Both the position numbers and the translations under genes were made by a program. From Marsupella aquatica (taxonomy: Eukaryota; Plantae; Marchantiophyta), in assembly GCA_973895155.1 (NCBI GenBank), contig OZ316899.1, positions 14,573,934 through 14,637,933 on the forward strand: a stretch of 64,000 bases of DNA, written 5' to 3'. How positions within the stretch are numbered: position 1 is the first letter of the stretch; each line of letters opens with the position of its first letter. The notes under the pieces are model-generated. The model was given only the letters and a program-made list of their open reading frames with translations, had not been told where the DNA came from and did no database searches. Shown here piece after piece: positions 1 through 12,971 of this stretch.

Positions 1-1144
1 ATGGCCCGATCCGGGTTGGGCCGGTCGGGGGCCCTGAGCGGCGATCATACCTGAGGGCCTAGGCACGAGCACTGGGTCAGCCCGAACATGGTGGGCTAAG
101 GCACTCCGCTTGCGCATGCCTAACGAGAAAGTTATGGGCGTTGCCAGTTGGTGGCGCGCCCATTATGCGAGATAGGTTCCGGGTTGGGGGCCAAATGTTT
201 AGGGACCAAAGCTGGTCCGGGGGTGGCAGGTCTCCAAAAGCATATATGAAGGGAGTGGTATCTCCTTGGGGGCTAAGGGCGAGCCGAAATCGTGAGCCGC
301 GGCGGTCGCGACACTAAGGGAAACCACCAAACGGAAATGACGATATCTTCCCAACGAGAAGTTCATTGGAGGACTTCTTGGGTGCGTTTAAAAGCTCTCA
401 AGGAGAGATACGCCCTCCTGAGCTCAGCTGGGTCTAGGGGAACCAAGGGTTGTTGAGGTTTGCGGGTGTTAACTTGCCCGCTTGCCAAATCCTGCCGAAC
501 AGCAGCTAAACCGCATTTAGTCTCCCAAGGGAGCTTGCGTTGGGGAGGCAAGGCCAAGTAGGTATGGAGGTTGAGTTCCAAGGGTACTCGGTCCCTAGAC
601 TGTCAGTGGGGCAAGTTGGGAGTTGGTTGCACAAGGCAGGGCCATTCTGGTCCCGAAGTGTTGGGACAAGCTTGGGACAAGCTTCAGGACAAGCGACGCT
701 ATTTGGGCCATGAGCATGTCCTGAGGTCAGGGAGGTCAGTTGGTGATGGATAGGTACGAGGGGGAACCCGGGCCGTGCCCAAGGAAGGAGCTGTTTTGGA
801 CGAACAATGGGCGTGGGTTCTGGTTCCGGCTTATGGCATCGGGAGGACCTATTGCTGACCTATTTACCAACATCTGTTGAGCTTGAGTTAGGATGGTAGA
901 CTTGGCGAGTTCTAGAACCTGAGGGGTTACTTACCAAGGTGCTTGGTTGCTTGTGCAGACAGTGAGGACCGTTGAGTAGCGGTCGTGTAGGTGAGCAAGT
1001 ACGGCTTTGAATGGGAGGGGCCGCTGGCGGTGCAAGGGGCACTAGGGTGCTTGCTCGAGGTATTTTGTGGAGGCGCTCGGGCACCAGGGGCTCTTAGGCG
1101 CGAGTGTTGGGATTGGTGAGGGCGCTAAGTGGCAAGGTTCACCA
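1..1144 (+). repeat. 5' LTR (partial; about 340 bp lies upstream of the window)
   Basis: Position 1 aligns with 7149 in the 3' LTR. Ends in ...TTCACCA just before the PBS. Confidence 0.93.
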
Positions 1145-1148
1145 CTTG

Positions 1149-1160
1149 TGGTATCAGAGC
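1149..1160 (+). promoter_or_regulatory. Primer binding site (initiator tRNA-Met)
   Basis: TGGTATCAGAGC, the canonical plant tRNA-iMet PBS, 4 nt after the LTR end. Confidence 0.95.
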
Positions 1161-1291
1161 AATTGCTGGCATAGACATCGGACCGGGGTTGTGCTAAGTC
1201 GGAGTCCAAAAATCTTAACAGATTTTTGCGGGGACTTAGTGCTTGAACGTGCCCGGCGGGTCGACTGCGAGCAGATTTGGTTGCTGGGAAC

Positions 1292-4200
1292 ATGGCTAAA
1301 AACACTCAATCAAAGAGTGGCAAACAAGCTCCCCCCACCAAGGGGAGAGCCCAAGTTCAAGATGAACAGAAGGAGGACGGGTTGACTTCCCTAGACAAAC
1401 GTTACAAGTAGGATGAAGAAGACGCAATGGCCGAACCATCGACCGCTGCGGTGACCACGTCAAGTGCAGAGCGCCGTCAACTTAAAGGGAAGGAGGTGGC
1501 CGATCCTTCAGAGGACGGGTTGGACGATGACAATTCTGATGCAGAAGGAAGCGACGACAATGCTAAAGCCGAATTGGGGGAATAGGGTCAGGACCCAGAA
1601 GAGGAACTGATCCTAGCCTTGAGAGGGTTGAACTTTGAACCAGAGGATGACGTCGAGCCGGACGTCATCGTGGATAATTTGACCAAGGAAAACCAGGGCG
1701 ATGCGGGTGATGCCTCAGCCCTGGGGGGTCATGGTGCTTGCAAGATGCGGGGGGTGTCACCAAAATCCACGAGAGAACCTAAGGACAGGCGGCTTGCAAC
1801 CGTCCTCATACAACCCGCAAGGGCCCAGCCGTTGACGACAATCTGAGTCCGTGGACTCAAGACCAATGACTCATTTATGAGCAGTTGGAACACAACAAGG
1901 GGGCACAGATTAAGTACTTACTTAGTCTGGGTAGTCAGAGTGCGACGCATCTCGACAGGGGGAATGGTAGTTGGATGGAGTATGTTCCAAGTGAACTAGC
2001 TACCGACTCCTCCAACTTACGACGGGGCCTACGAGCAAAGTGGACAAAAGTTCCTGAGTTGGCTCTCCACAATGGAGATTCATCTCCAAGCGTGTGTTGA
2101 GCGTTCCACTTGGGCTACCGCAGCCGCTCCCTATTTGAAGGACTATGCCTTGACTTGGTACAAGACATGGAAGAAGTCGCAAGAGGACTCCTCCTTGTCA
2201 TTAACTTGGGAAAACCTGGTTGAGGGACTCCGTGCTCATGTCACCACTGAGTACCCGGAGCAACACGCTCAGAAATGTGTAACAGAGATGAGCTTCAGGG
2301 GTGATATCCAAAAGTTTATCACTTATTACCAGAACCAGTTGGCGTGTATCCCGGCGGGACAAGAGACCCTGCATACACAGCTTCACAACTTTATCGTGAA
2401 GCTCCCGCCATTGCTCATGGAAAAGTTACAGGAAAAGCGTCACGAGTTCAAAATGCTTTCTGACGCCTTCAACAAGGCCACTACATTGGTGATAACCAAC
2501 CGGACTTGGCGAAGGTGGGTGGCAAGGGATCCAAGGGGGAAGCTGGGAAAGCAAAAGGTCCCGGGAATAAGCGTAAGCAACCTGAGGGGGCGGGGGCCGA
2601 TGGTTTGGACCCCTAGCCCCAGAATGGAGAAGCTAAGCGAAACCGGAAGGCTGACAACTTCAAGAAAGGAACCTCATCGGCGCAGAAAGCAAAGAAGCAG
2701 GCACTCATGGAGCAGAGGCGGGCGGAAGGTTTGTGCTTCCCGTGTGGTGCCATGGGCCATCAAAGTAAGGATTGTTCCATGAAAGGTGGCAAGCCGAGCG
2801 GAGATGGAGGGCAGAAGAGCATTAAGGTAAGTATCGCTCTAACCAAACCCTTAGTAGTTGACAAGGTCCCTGTAGGGGATGTTCCTGCCGGAGAGAAGGT
2901 GTTGTTGCAAGAGAAGATACCTAAGGTTAAGACAATGGATCCTGAAAAACTGATTTTTGTGAATGTCACTTCTAACGGTAATCTGGGTGTTGCTTAGGTG
3001 GATACATGCGCGACCGCTTGCTTCATAGGTGGGCAGGCAGCAGCACGTCTTTGGGTGGACGTGCAAAAGTTGCTACAACCGTTAGTGTGCAAGTTTTCCA
3101 ACGACACAAATGCGGTAGTGTCAAGAGTAGTGCATAGACTTCGAGTAGAGGTCATAGACGAACAATAAAATTTTGTTAGTCAGGAGACGTTCTAGACGGT
3201 CTAGCCGTAGACTTCATTTTGTCGGTAGGTTATCTCAGGAAGCACAATGTTACCTTGAAACCAGGGGGTGAAGTGCTCCATTCTCCCAATAAGGGCTGTG
3301 AGCCCATTGTTGTACACGAAGTACCAAAAATAAAGAAAGATTTCTCAAAGTAAGTAAAGTGTTGTGGTTGTCTCCGTGTATATCGGCAAAGCAATGGTGG
3401 AAAGACTTCAAGGGTGGACATGAATGTTTCTTCTTTCATCTCCACCCAGTTAAGGAGGCTGCTTTGCAGCCAAAGGTTAAGTCAGCTAAGGTCGGGCCCG
3501 ATTGCGATCGAATTCCTGAAATTTTAGAGGAATTCAATGACGTGCTCTCGCAAAAGCTATGTAAAGGTTTACCCCCGCGGAGAGAAGTGGATCACCAAGT
3601 TGAGTTGGAGCCGGGATCGGCTCCTCGGACTAAAGCTCCTTATCGTCTGAACCTGAACAAGCGAATGATGTTGAAGAATGCCTTGGAAGAGTTGATCGAC
3701 CAAGGGTTCATTCATCCCAATAAGAGTCCTTATGGGGGGCCCTCGCTGTTTGTGTCCAAAAAGGATGGTACTTTGAGATTGTGCGCAGATTATCGGGCCC
3801 TCAATAAGCAGTCGGTAAAGAACAAGTACCCGTTACCTCATATGGATGACCTCTTTGATTGCCTCTCTGGGGCTAGGACGTTTTCAAAGATGGACTTGCG
3901 GTCTGGGTATTACCAGATCCGCATGGCTAAGGGAGACGAGTATAAGACCGCGATGCGCACAAGGTTCGGATCCTATGAGTTTTTGGTTATGCCGTTCGGG
4001 TTGTGTAATGCAACCGCAACATTCATGAAGATGATGAATACCATCTTTCATGACTTGTTGGACCAAGGAGTGGTTGTCTTTATTGACCACATCCTAATCT
4101 ACTAAAAAATGTTGGAGGAACATGAGCAGTTGCTCAGAGAAGTGTTCTCTCGCCTTCATAAGGCTCGTCTCTTTGCTAAACCTAGCAAGTGCAAGTTTGC

Positions 4201-6515
4201 GATGAACGAGATTCAGTTCCTCGGCCATACCTTTACCCCGGAAGGGATTACGCCTAGTCAGGATAAGCTTAAGGAGATCAAAGAATGGGAGCGGCCGTGC
4301 AATGTAAGGCAGGTTAGAGCCTTCTTAGGATTTACGGGGTTCTATCAGAGATACATGAAAGACTATGCAAGGATTGCGAGGCCCCTAAACGCACTAACGT
4401 CAAAAAACAAAGTGTTTGTGTGGACACAAGATTGCAAGTTAGCATTCCTAGAACTTAAGCGGCTAATGATAATGTGGACGGTTCTAAAGTTACTTGAGAT
4501 GGGGAAGCCGTTCAAGATTTGGACAAACGCAAGTGATTACGCCATTGGCGCCTGTCTTCACCAAGATGGGCGTCCTGTGGCCTTTGAGTCATGTAAGTTG
4601 GAAAATCATTGGATCACACCGGAAAGGGAAATGTATGTTGTGATCTATGCGTTGAAGGAGTGGGAGATTTACCTTAAGAATGGTCCCAAAGTGGTAATCC
4701 ACATAGATAGCTTGCCGGCCGGGTACTTCAGTTCTAAGCCAAGGCTGAACCCCAAGGAAATGTGTTGGCAGATGTTCTTGGTGGATTTCGATTACAAAGT
4801 CCGTCACGTTCCTCGGAAGACAAACACGGCAGCTGACGCATTATCGCGTAAGGACCATCATCGTGTCAATGGGATCACGATGCTCGAATCCGAGTGGCCA
4901 AAGGTTCTGGCCGCGGCGTATGGAGATGACAGGTTAGCTAAGGAATGGCAAAGCAATGGGGGTAGCCAAGGCAAGATAAGGCACGTATCGTTGGGGTTGG
5001 ATACAACGCATAATGTTCAGTTATGGCAATACAAGCAGAGGCGTGTGTACATACCAGAGTCTCTAAGGTTAGAGGTTCTACAAAAGTACCACGACTTGCC
5101 CTGCGGAGGGCATGGAGGACAAGCCGCTACGTATCGCAACATGTCGCGAGATGTGTATTGGCCGGACATGAAGCAATCGGTCCTTCAACACGTGCAAAGT
5201 TGTTACTTTGCCAAAAGAACCGAACAGTCTATAGGGCAAAAGGAGGACTGCTGCAATCCTTACCAGTAGCTGTGGCTCCATGGGAGTCTATCTCCATGGA
5301 CTTCATTGTTGGGTTACCTGAGTCCCACGGCAGTAACTCCATCTTAACAATCGTGGATCATTTTTCCAAGATGGCATATTTCTTGCCTACTACGAAGATG
5401 GTTTTGGCCCGAGAGGTTGCCGGTCTAGTGGTTGACAATGTCTTCTAACAATGGGGATTGCCGTTGCATATCCTGTCCGATTGCGATACCAAGTTCACAG
5501 GCCATTTTTGGAAGGCGGTGTTTCGGTTATCCGGAACGGACCTGACTAGGGGATCAGCGTATCATCATGAGACAGATGGCCAAACGGAACGGGTGAATGG
5601 TATCGTGGAGGACTACTTGCGTCACTTTGTGACGGCCAATCAAAAGGATTGGGCAAAACACTTAACAATGGCCAAGTTTAGGTATAGCTTGACCAAGCAT
5701 TTGGCGACGGGGTTTGCGCCGTTTGTGTTGGCCACAGGGAGGACGCCAAGGGCGCAATCCTGGTTTATAAATCCGGAAGCTTGGCGGACGGAAAGCAAGG
5801 TTCCTTTGGCGGATGATTTTATTTGAGAGCGACGCCTAGTTGTGGAAGCGGCTACCAAGGGTATGACCCTTGCCCACAGTCGGTACAAGGGGATAAACAT
5901 CGACGCCAGGTAAGCTTTGAAATTGGGGAGAGCGCCTGGTTGCAGTTGAGACCTGAGAAATACCAAGGGAACATAAGTAGGAAGCTGGCTCCCAGATATG
6001 CGGGACCCTATCGTATCATACGATGGGCCCACAAGGATAATCCGGTTTTGGTGGTGTTGGAGACACCCAAGGAAATGGGCGTGGGCAAAAGCTACCATGT
6101 TAGCCGGCTCAAGAAGTTTGTCAAAGATGATGATCCCAACCGGGATCAGGTCTTGCGTCCAGACGTCATGCTGGTGGAGGACGCTGAGGAGTTTGAGGTG
6201 GAGGCAATTCTGGACCACCATTACAAACGCAAGTTGGGAAGGCAAATCTTAGAGTATTTGGTGAAGTGGGCTGGCTATGATCAGGCCGAGAGTACTTGGG
6301 AACCGAAAGAAAATTTGGGTAATGCCTCAGAGATCCTTGGAAGCTTTCGAAAGCAAAGCGACCTACCGCCATTGTCAACTGGTACAAGCAGCTGTAGCTG
6401 CCTTTGTGAGTTGTATCCTAGTTTCACTCCTCTTGGCCTCTTAAGGATAAAGTCGGATTGCGTGGGTGCTAGAGGTTGTTGGGCGGCCAATTTGCTTTTT
6501 GCGAGTGGAAGTTGA
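1292..6515 (+). pseudogene. gag-pol: gag-pol polyprotein, disrupted by several stops and frameshifts
   Basis: Gag (APYLKDYALTWY..TWENL); zinc knuckle CFPCGAMGHQSKDC; protease A*VDTCAT (~2990); RT ([20 protein letters not shown], active site mutated to FIDHILIY*); RNase H (TNASDYAIGA); integrase (HDLPCGGH, ISMDFIVGLP, TDGQTERVN); chromodomain FEVEAILDH..YLVKWAGY..STWEPKENL. Confidence 0.96.
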
Positions 6516-6791
6516 TGGTGCCCGCCTTACATCTGTGGGCGGGCTGGTTCAAACCAAAGGGGAGTACCCCAATGGGTCCGACAAGTTTGGAGTTAGCTTA
6601 CCCGTTTGGACTGGCATCCTACTTGGATAAGTGGGATAGGTTGGAATTTCCTAAGTCTGGAATGCGCATACCAACCTGGTTTGCATCAGCCTTATGGGCA
6701 AACCATTTGTTACCTCATAAAAATTTTAAGGCCCAAAGTGGTTTAGGCGTGTTGGAACCGTTGACTGAGGTCACGCGGACGTGACCGTTTT

Positions 6792-6803
6792 AAAGGGGGG
6801 GTG
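6792..6803 (+). promoter_or_regulatory. Polypurine tract of the gypsy element
   Basis: AAAGGGGGGGTG between the end of pol and the 3' LTR. Confidence 0.85.
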
Positions 6804-6805
6804 CA

Positions 6806-8204
6806 AGTCGCGGAACTTGACTACCTTAACACTTAGCTCCGGCGTCGCTAACTGCGACACCGAGCTCCCTTATGGTCCAGGCCCGGATAGGCCATCCGGG
6901 GAGGACTTAGCATGGGGAGACTTGTGGGCAATGAGACATGGCACTAGCGAGACAAGGAGCCAAGACACACACTAAGGACTTGGGCTAGCTGATAGCTGGT
7001 CAAGTCAAGGGGAAATGGGCCGGGCTCAAGGATGACCGCCCGGACTTCCGGATGGACTTTGAGTTCTGGGGGCTTGAGTGTGAGCTCCTCTTGGGCCCGA
7101 GGCCAATGGAGTTGACGCCATGGGCAATAGACGCTTGGGGCGCGAGTTATGGCCCGATCCGGGTTGGGCCGGTCGGGGGCCCCGAGCGGCGATCAGACCT
7201 GAGGGCCTAGGCAGGAGCACTGGTTTGGCCCGATTACAATGGGCTAAGGCACTTCGCTTGCGGATGCCTAACGAGAAAGTTATGGGCGTTGCCAGTTGGT
7301 GGCGCGCCCGTTATGCGAGATAGGTTCCGGGTTGGGGGCCAAATGTTTGGGGACCAAAGCTGTTCCGGGGGTGGCAGGTCTCCAGAAGCATATATGAGGG
7401 GAGTGGTGTCTCCTTGGGGGCTAAGGGCGAGCCAAAGTTGTGAGCCGCGGCGGTCGCGACACTAAGGGAAACCGCCAAACGGAAACGGTGATATCTTCCC
7501 AACAGGAAGTTTGTTGGAGGACTTCTTGAGTGCGTTGGAAAGCTCTCAAGGAGCTCAGCTGGGTCTGGTGGCACCAAGGGTTGTCGGGGTTTGCGGGTGT
7601 TAACTCGCCCGCTTGCCAAATCCTGCCGAACAACAGCCAAGCTGCGTTTAGTCTCCCAAGGGAGCTTGCGTTGGGGAGGCAAGGCCAAGTAGGTATGGAG
7701 GTTGAGTTCCAAGGGTACTCGGTCCCTAGACCGTCAGTGTGGCGAGTTGGGAGTTGGTTGCACAAGGCAGGGCCATTCTGGTCCCGGCGTGTTGGGACAA
7801 GCTTGGGACAAACTTTAGGACAAGCGACGCTATTTGGGCCATGAGCATGTCCTAAGGTCAGGGAGGTCAGTTGGTGATGGATAGGTACAAGGGGGAACCC
7901 GGGCCGCACCCAAGGAAGGAGTTGTTCTAGACGAACAGTGGGCGTGGGTTTTGGTTCCGGCTTATGGCATCGGGAGGACCTATCGCTGACCTATTTACCA
8001 ACGTCTGTTGAGCTTGAGTTAGGATGCTAGACTCGGCGAGTTCTAGAACCTGAGGGGTTACTTACCGAGGTGCTTGGTTGCTTGTGCAGACAGTGAGGAC
8101 CGTTGAGTAGCGGTTGTGTAGGTGAGCAAGTACGGCTTTGAATGGGAGGGGCCGCTGGCGGTGCAAGGGGCACTAGGGTGCTTGCTTGAGGTATTTTGTG
8201 GAGG
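6806..8204 (+). repeat. 3' LTR, missing its last ~70 bp
   Basis: Matches the 5' LTR up to GAGGTATTTTGTGGAGG (8204 = 1074), then diverges. Start position is +/- a few bp. Confidence 0.9.
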
Positions 8205-8458
8205 TATTCCCTGCTTGGTCCACACCTTTTGTGCCCTTGCACCTTTGGGCTCTCTTGGTCTCACCAGGTTTGCATTTTGCTGCGTCTGTTTTTGTTGCCC
8301 TGTTGGGCCCCCCTTCCCGTGGCTTTTCGCCTGTTTTATCTCGTGGAAAATTTTAAAAATTAAAAAATTAAAAAATGGTTGGAGTAAGTATGTGAAGGGG
8401 AAAGAGTATTGAGAGAATGGAGCGAAAGTCTCAATCAAAATTGCTATGTCCAGAGAGA

Positions 8459-8527
8459 CATGACTTTGTGGTACCTCACTTGACTAGAGACTTATAGGTC
8501 TTGGGTTCAACTATTGTGGCCGACTCT
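8459..8527 (+). repeat. tRNA-derived SINE-like head, copy 1
   Basis: Clearly similar to 16931-16997. A-box-like TGACTTTGTGGT and B-box-like GGTTCAA at tRNA-like spacing; no complete cloverleaf. Confidence 0.55.
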
Positions 8528-8830
8528 TCCCTTTTTGTGGGGTTTCACAAATTTTCCCTTTAAAAATGAAAAAAGGTGCTATGGGCACGGACAAAGTATC
8601 TTCACTATAAAAGTGATGACAAAGTTGGTGACATGGAAAATATTTTGGATGGAAGTGATGATTTGGTTACCCAAAATGTACTTTTTTGGACAGAAATATA
8701 AATAGCAATGTCAAGCATATCTTTATATTGTAATCCAGTCCATGCAGGTTTGAATTATCCTTCAGGTCTTCATGGCCAATCCAGGCTCCTCCGAACGGTC
8801 TTCATGGCTCTTCATGGATCCATGGCCAAT

Positions 8831-8955
8831 GAAGATATGGTAGTTGAAATCTTTACTAAGGCTCCTCCCAAAGGACTTGATGAGAAACTCACTTTAGCCT
8901 CAGTTAGCATTGCCTGATTGATGAGCAATCATCAATTGGGGGGGGATGTTAAAAA
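8831..8955 (+). mobile_element. Ty1/copia remnant: RNase H C-terminus, PPT and start of LTR
   Basis: EDMVVEIFTKAP resembles the copia RH motif EDQ(V/L)ADIFTKAL; followed by GGGGGGGGA-TGTT at 8938-8950. Confidence 0.65.
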
Positions 8956-9169
8956 TTACTTTCTATAAGCACAATTGATGATTAGCTATATTTAGTTAGT
9001 ATCAATGTGTGCTCACAGTAGCACAGAAGTAAGATCTTTTCTTTACCATAGATCTTACATCATGACCTTCCCTTCATGCTGAAGTGTCACTACCATTCTA
9101 AAAACACACATATGAAGTGTCACTACCCTTGGAGGGACACACCTGTTGGTGTTGTCCATTTGTAGATCC

Positions 9170-9462
9170 CGGTTCACTTGTAATACAAATCAGTTGAGTA
9201 GCTTTCCTCAATTCTGTGCATTCATTTCATTCTCTTAATACAAATCAGTTGAGTAGTTTTCCTCAATTCTGTGCATTCATTTCATTCTCTCACACAAAGA
9301 TCCTGTGATACAAATAAGTTGAGTAGGTTTCTTCAATTCTGTGCATTCATTTCATTTTTTCACACAAACAAGACACGGTTCACTTGTAATGCAAATCAGT
9401 CGAGTAGCTGTCCTCAATTCTGTGCATTCATTTCATTCTCTCACGCAAACAAGACACGGTCT
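9170..9462. repeat. Four-copy tandem repeat, ~55-80 bp units
   Basis: Core TAATACAAATCAGTTGAGTAG..TCCTCAATTCTGTGCATTCATTTCATTCTCT repeated four times with short variable linkers. Confidence 0.9.
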
Positions 9463-9902
9463 CTGATAAATTAATGATAATAAATTTGAATGTTCCAGTA
9501 GTTGACGTTCAGGACTACTATAGGAACTATGAAATACCTAACATTCTCAGTCTTCCTCCTGGACAAGTGTCAGTGATCTCCTGGTACTAGTTATGTAGCT
9601 AATTATGTCTCCTCAATTCTCAGAGTGACTTTGTACAAACTGAATAATGACTTGCTCCCCGCCTCAGTGCAAGTTGGTGATACATTCCAGTGGGTATCAA
9701 AATCCTGCAACTCGACAGCAGTCAACTTCATGTATGTATGACGTGCCGACCACTGAATTAGATGACCCACTTTGACCAATAGAGAACTTGACCATCAACG
9801 CATATTGAATATACCACACATAAGGATGCTCAAATGTCAAAAGACTCTCTAAAAGATATCGCTCAAACCTTGTTTATTAGAGAAGGCTGTTGAACATGCA
9901 GG

Positions 9903-12209
9903 TCAGTGAGCGGGTCGATAATCATCACCAGATTGCTGTGGAAAGACCTGAGTGAGAAGGGCTACGCTAATTTCTGAGGATGATGTCGATAGGAAGTTGT
10001 CTGAAGGAACATAATCGCTGAAGCCACCGCTGTAGCTACTTTCTGACAACCCCCACTTAGTCAAGTTGGGATAACTAGGAGGTGGTCCCAACTCGACACT
10101 AAGCTTCTCTGGAACAAAAACCTGGCTCAGTCCAGCTCCAAAGCCAGAAAGTGAATCCAACTCGTCTTCGCGCTTGAAGCTTTCTGTTCCAATCGGGAGA
10201 GGGGCCAGATTACTGTGACTCATGGTTCCACCTTGTTGTCGGGAAAGAGAGTCCTGCTGAGCAGCTTTCATCAACATGTCTAGTTCAAGGGAATTCATTC
10301 TTTGCAAACCCGCCAAGGCAGAATTAGGTAGACGACTTGCTAAACCAGGCCTTACTCCCACGTTCAACTGATTAATTCCACCTAACATTGACGAAGGCAG
10401 TACACCTCCTTGGCCCTGTTGATGAGCCTGTAATTGAGCTAGAGTGCTGAGTGTAGCCGAGTCAATTTGTGCCGGGCCCCTCGCCAATTCATCGAAAGTA
10501 GAACCTGGTAGAGGCTCGTTCATAACCTTTCCACAAGACGCAGTGGCAACTCCCCTGCGACCTGGGTGGATTTGCATTGAACCTGCGAAGTTACCCGCGT
10601 GCGCTGCTTGAAACGAAGCAACTGGGTACGGTTGAGTGTTCACGCCACTCAAGCGTTTCAGGTACTGCCGATACTTCTGCGATTAGAAAGCCCCATCAGT
10701 CTCGAAAAGTAGACCACGACACAGCACACCAGGAAGTCGACCAGGAAATCGACTGCCTAAAGGTGAAAACCTGAAGATTCGCAGTATCATGTACGTAAGT
10801 CCTGTCATTTGTGCAACTAATGTGCACGAGATAAATCAATCCAGAGTACACAGGACAAAGCTCGTGAGGAGTGAAATGTCACCGAGAGTGAGCTGTACCT
10901 GCAGATGACTCGCTACATTTTCTCGCGAAAGGCCTTGCACGTTCATGATCTCGAGAATCCTCTTTGGCACGGCTTCTGAAAAGCAACGGGAGACATCACG
11001 CAAAGATATGATAATTCGACATCCAAGAGCTGGGTAATAGTAGATTTACCAACAAACCCTTCGGCCCAAGAGTGCCTCATTCTCTTCACGTCCGCTGACC
11101 TATACGCTTACCGTAATTACACGGACAAAGCCTACAGAATTACCAAGACAGGACGATCCCGGTGCATGGTGAACGGACTTACTGTCGATACCCAGCTGAT
11201 TCACAGCATTGACGAACTGTTGATGAAGTTCCACGGACCAAACGACTCGGGCTTTCTTCAAACTGTTCACGTCTTCGAGCGGCTCATCCGCAGGTTCCTG
11301 CTTTTCCTTCCTCTTCTTGGACATACTGTCCCCTTCACAGAGGGAATCTAAACCTCTACCCGTTTCATCCCAATCCCCTGACTGGTCATCCTTAGTAGAC
11401 TCTACCCTTCCTCGTCTGCGGATGACATGTTGCCAAATGTTCCGCAGCTCTTCTATCCGAACGGGTTTGAGAAGATAATCGCAAGCTCCATGGGTAATCC
11501 CTTTCATAACAACGTCAGTTTCACCATTTGCGGACATCACTGCAGAAAAGTTTTTAAATCATGAGAACTTGTGGAGCTATTACAGTAGAGGCTCAGTAAA
11601 CAAACAAATCGGAGCATATTGCTCACAACTTGAAGTGACAAGCAACCTAGGCAGCCTCAATCGCCCAGACCACCCCATAGGGAAGTTGAGACAAACGTAC
11701 TGATGACAGGTAAATCTAGCTCCAGTCCAATAGCTTCGAGTAGCCTGAAGCCGTCCATATCAGGCATATAAACATCGCTCATCACCAAGTCATAAGCACT
11801 TCTATTTTCACGTAGAAGTGCCAAAGCTTTCGCAGCACGTTGACATGTAGTAACTGCACAGAAGCAAAAGGGACCCTCAGCTATCGACAGAAGCCAAAAG
11901 GACAAATGCGTAATCCTACCACTACCTGCAATAGTGTGTAGTTAGGGGAAGTGGGACACCATCCGCGCAAGTATTCTCAGGACGACCAAAACCGACCCAG
12001 AACTAGGGTTAAGAGTTGCGGAGAGGCAAACCGGTATAGTTGCACTGCCGCAACATTGTTTCTAAAATCATCAAGCATACTGGGTCATCGTCGACAACTA
12101 ACACCTTCAATCCGACGGGAGAGAACCCTTCGACCAGGGTAATTTTCTCGTTTGCTTTATCACCAGATGCCTCTACAGACCTTCCCGAATTGGTTTCCAA
12201 GGCCATCAT
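9903..12209 (-). CDS. Type-B cytokinin response regulator (ARR1/2/10/12-like): receiver domain, GARP Myb-like DNA-binding domain, C-terminal activation region
   Basis: Five exons with GT-AG introns and consistent phases: 12209-12032, 11853-11701, 11539-11183, 10975-10899, 10676-9903. Motifs: [20 protein letters not shown] (phospho-Asp), [52 protein letters not shown]. Confidence 0.97.
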
Positions 12210-12282
12210 TGTTCTTAAGCTCAAGAAACACTATAATTCTCACGCGATGTAAATCTAGGACGTCCACATTTTTTCGTGGCCA

Positions 12283-12510
12283 AGTGCAAGACAAAAAAGA
12301 GGAGAACATCTATATCTTTGTAATCAGGTAAAGGTTCTACTAGAGACTTATCAGGAGTGACAGAAAACATTGGACACGTTCTGGACATGTAATATTGTCG
12401 TGCAAGAAAGAGGACGACATCTATATCTTTGCAATTAGGTGAAGGTTCCACTCGAGACTTATCAGGAATATCAGAAAACATCTAAAGACGTTCTGGACAT
12501 ATATCACTGT
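12283..12510. repeat. ~115 bp tandem duplication just upstream of the response regulator start codon
   Basis: AAAGAGGA..ACATCTATATCTTTG.AAT.AGGT.AAGGTTC.ACT.GAGACTTATCAGGA...CAGAAAACAT..ACGTTCTGGACAT occurs twice. Confidence 0.9.
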
Positions 12511-12949
12511 TCAGCGGGGATTTCGTCGTTGGAAACAATTTGGTGAAGGGATTTTGGTGGTTCAGAGCACTTGTGTTCGATGCAACGTGCCCGCGAGAGT
12601 AACTCTCAAGGTCGAGTGGAACTCTCAAGATCGAGTGGGTCAGAAATCATGTCATGGCGCTCTTGGTTTCAGAATACCTGCGAGTAATTTTCTAGTTGGT
12701 TTTCATATCATTATGTGAATCTGATGAACAGAAGTAGCACTAGCACCAAAATATCACTCATTGGGAAAAATTGTACATATGGGACATGGCTATATAAGCG
12801 CGTCTATGTACAGCAAGAATTTGTTAACTATTAGGTTAACCATTGCATGGCTGCCATGAATAAAAGTGGAATTTTTTGAGTACTCTACTTGCTCCAAATC
12901 CTTATTTGGGTTCAATATTAAGGGTCAATAAAAGTTTTGCATACTCTGC

Positions 12950-12971
12950 ATATATATATATATATATATAT
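12950..12971. repeat. (AT)11 microsatellite
   Basis: Directly visible. Confidence 0.95.

Larger units (their letters stand above)
1..8204 (+). mobile_element. Ty3/gypsy LTR retrotransposon with chromodomain (chromovirus), degenerate; 5' LTR begins before the window, 3' LTR truncated
   Basis: Positions 1-1074 match 7149-8204 as a direct repeat. PBS and PPT present. Domain order gag-CCHC-PR-RT-RH-INT-chromodomain. Confidence 0.97.

Noticed and set aside
363-8438. Short ORFs within the LTRs and antisense to gag-pol
   Set aside because: Shadow ORFs in GC-rich repeat DNA, not conserved in frame between the two LTRs.
8459-8527. Functional tRNA gene (also 16931-16997 and the GGGTTCAAA motif near 36650)
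   Set aside because: Acceptor and T stems do not pair into a cloverleaf.
9170-9462. CRISPR-like array
   Set aside because: Units are nearly wholly repeated with short related linkers; an ordinary tandem repeat, probably within a copia LTR remnant.
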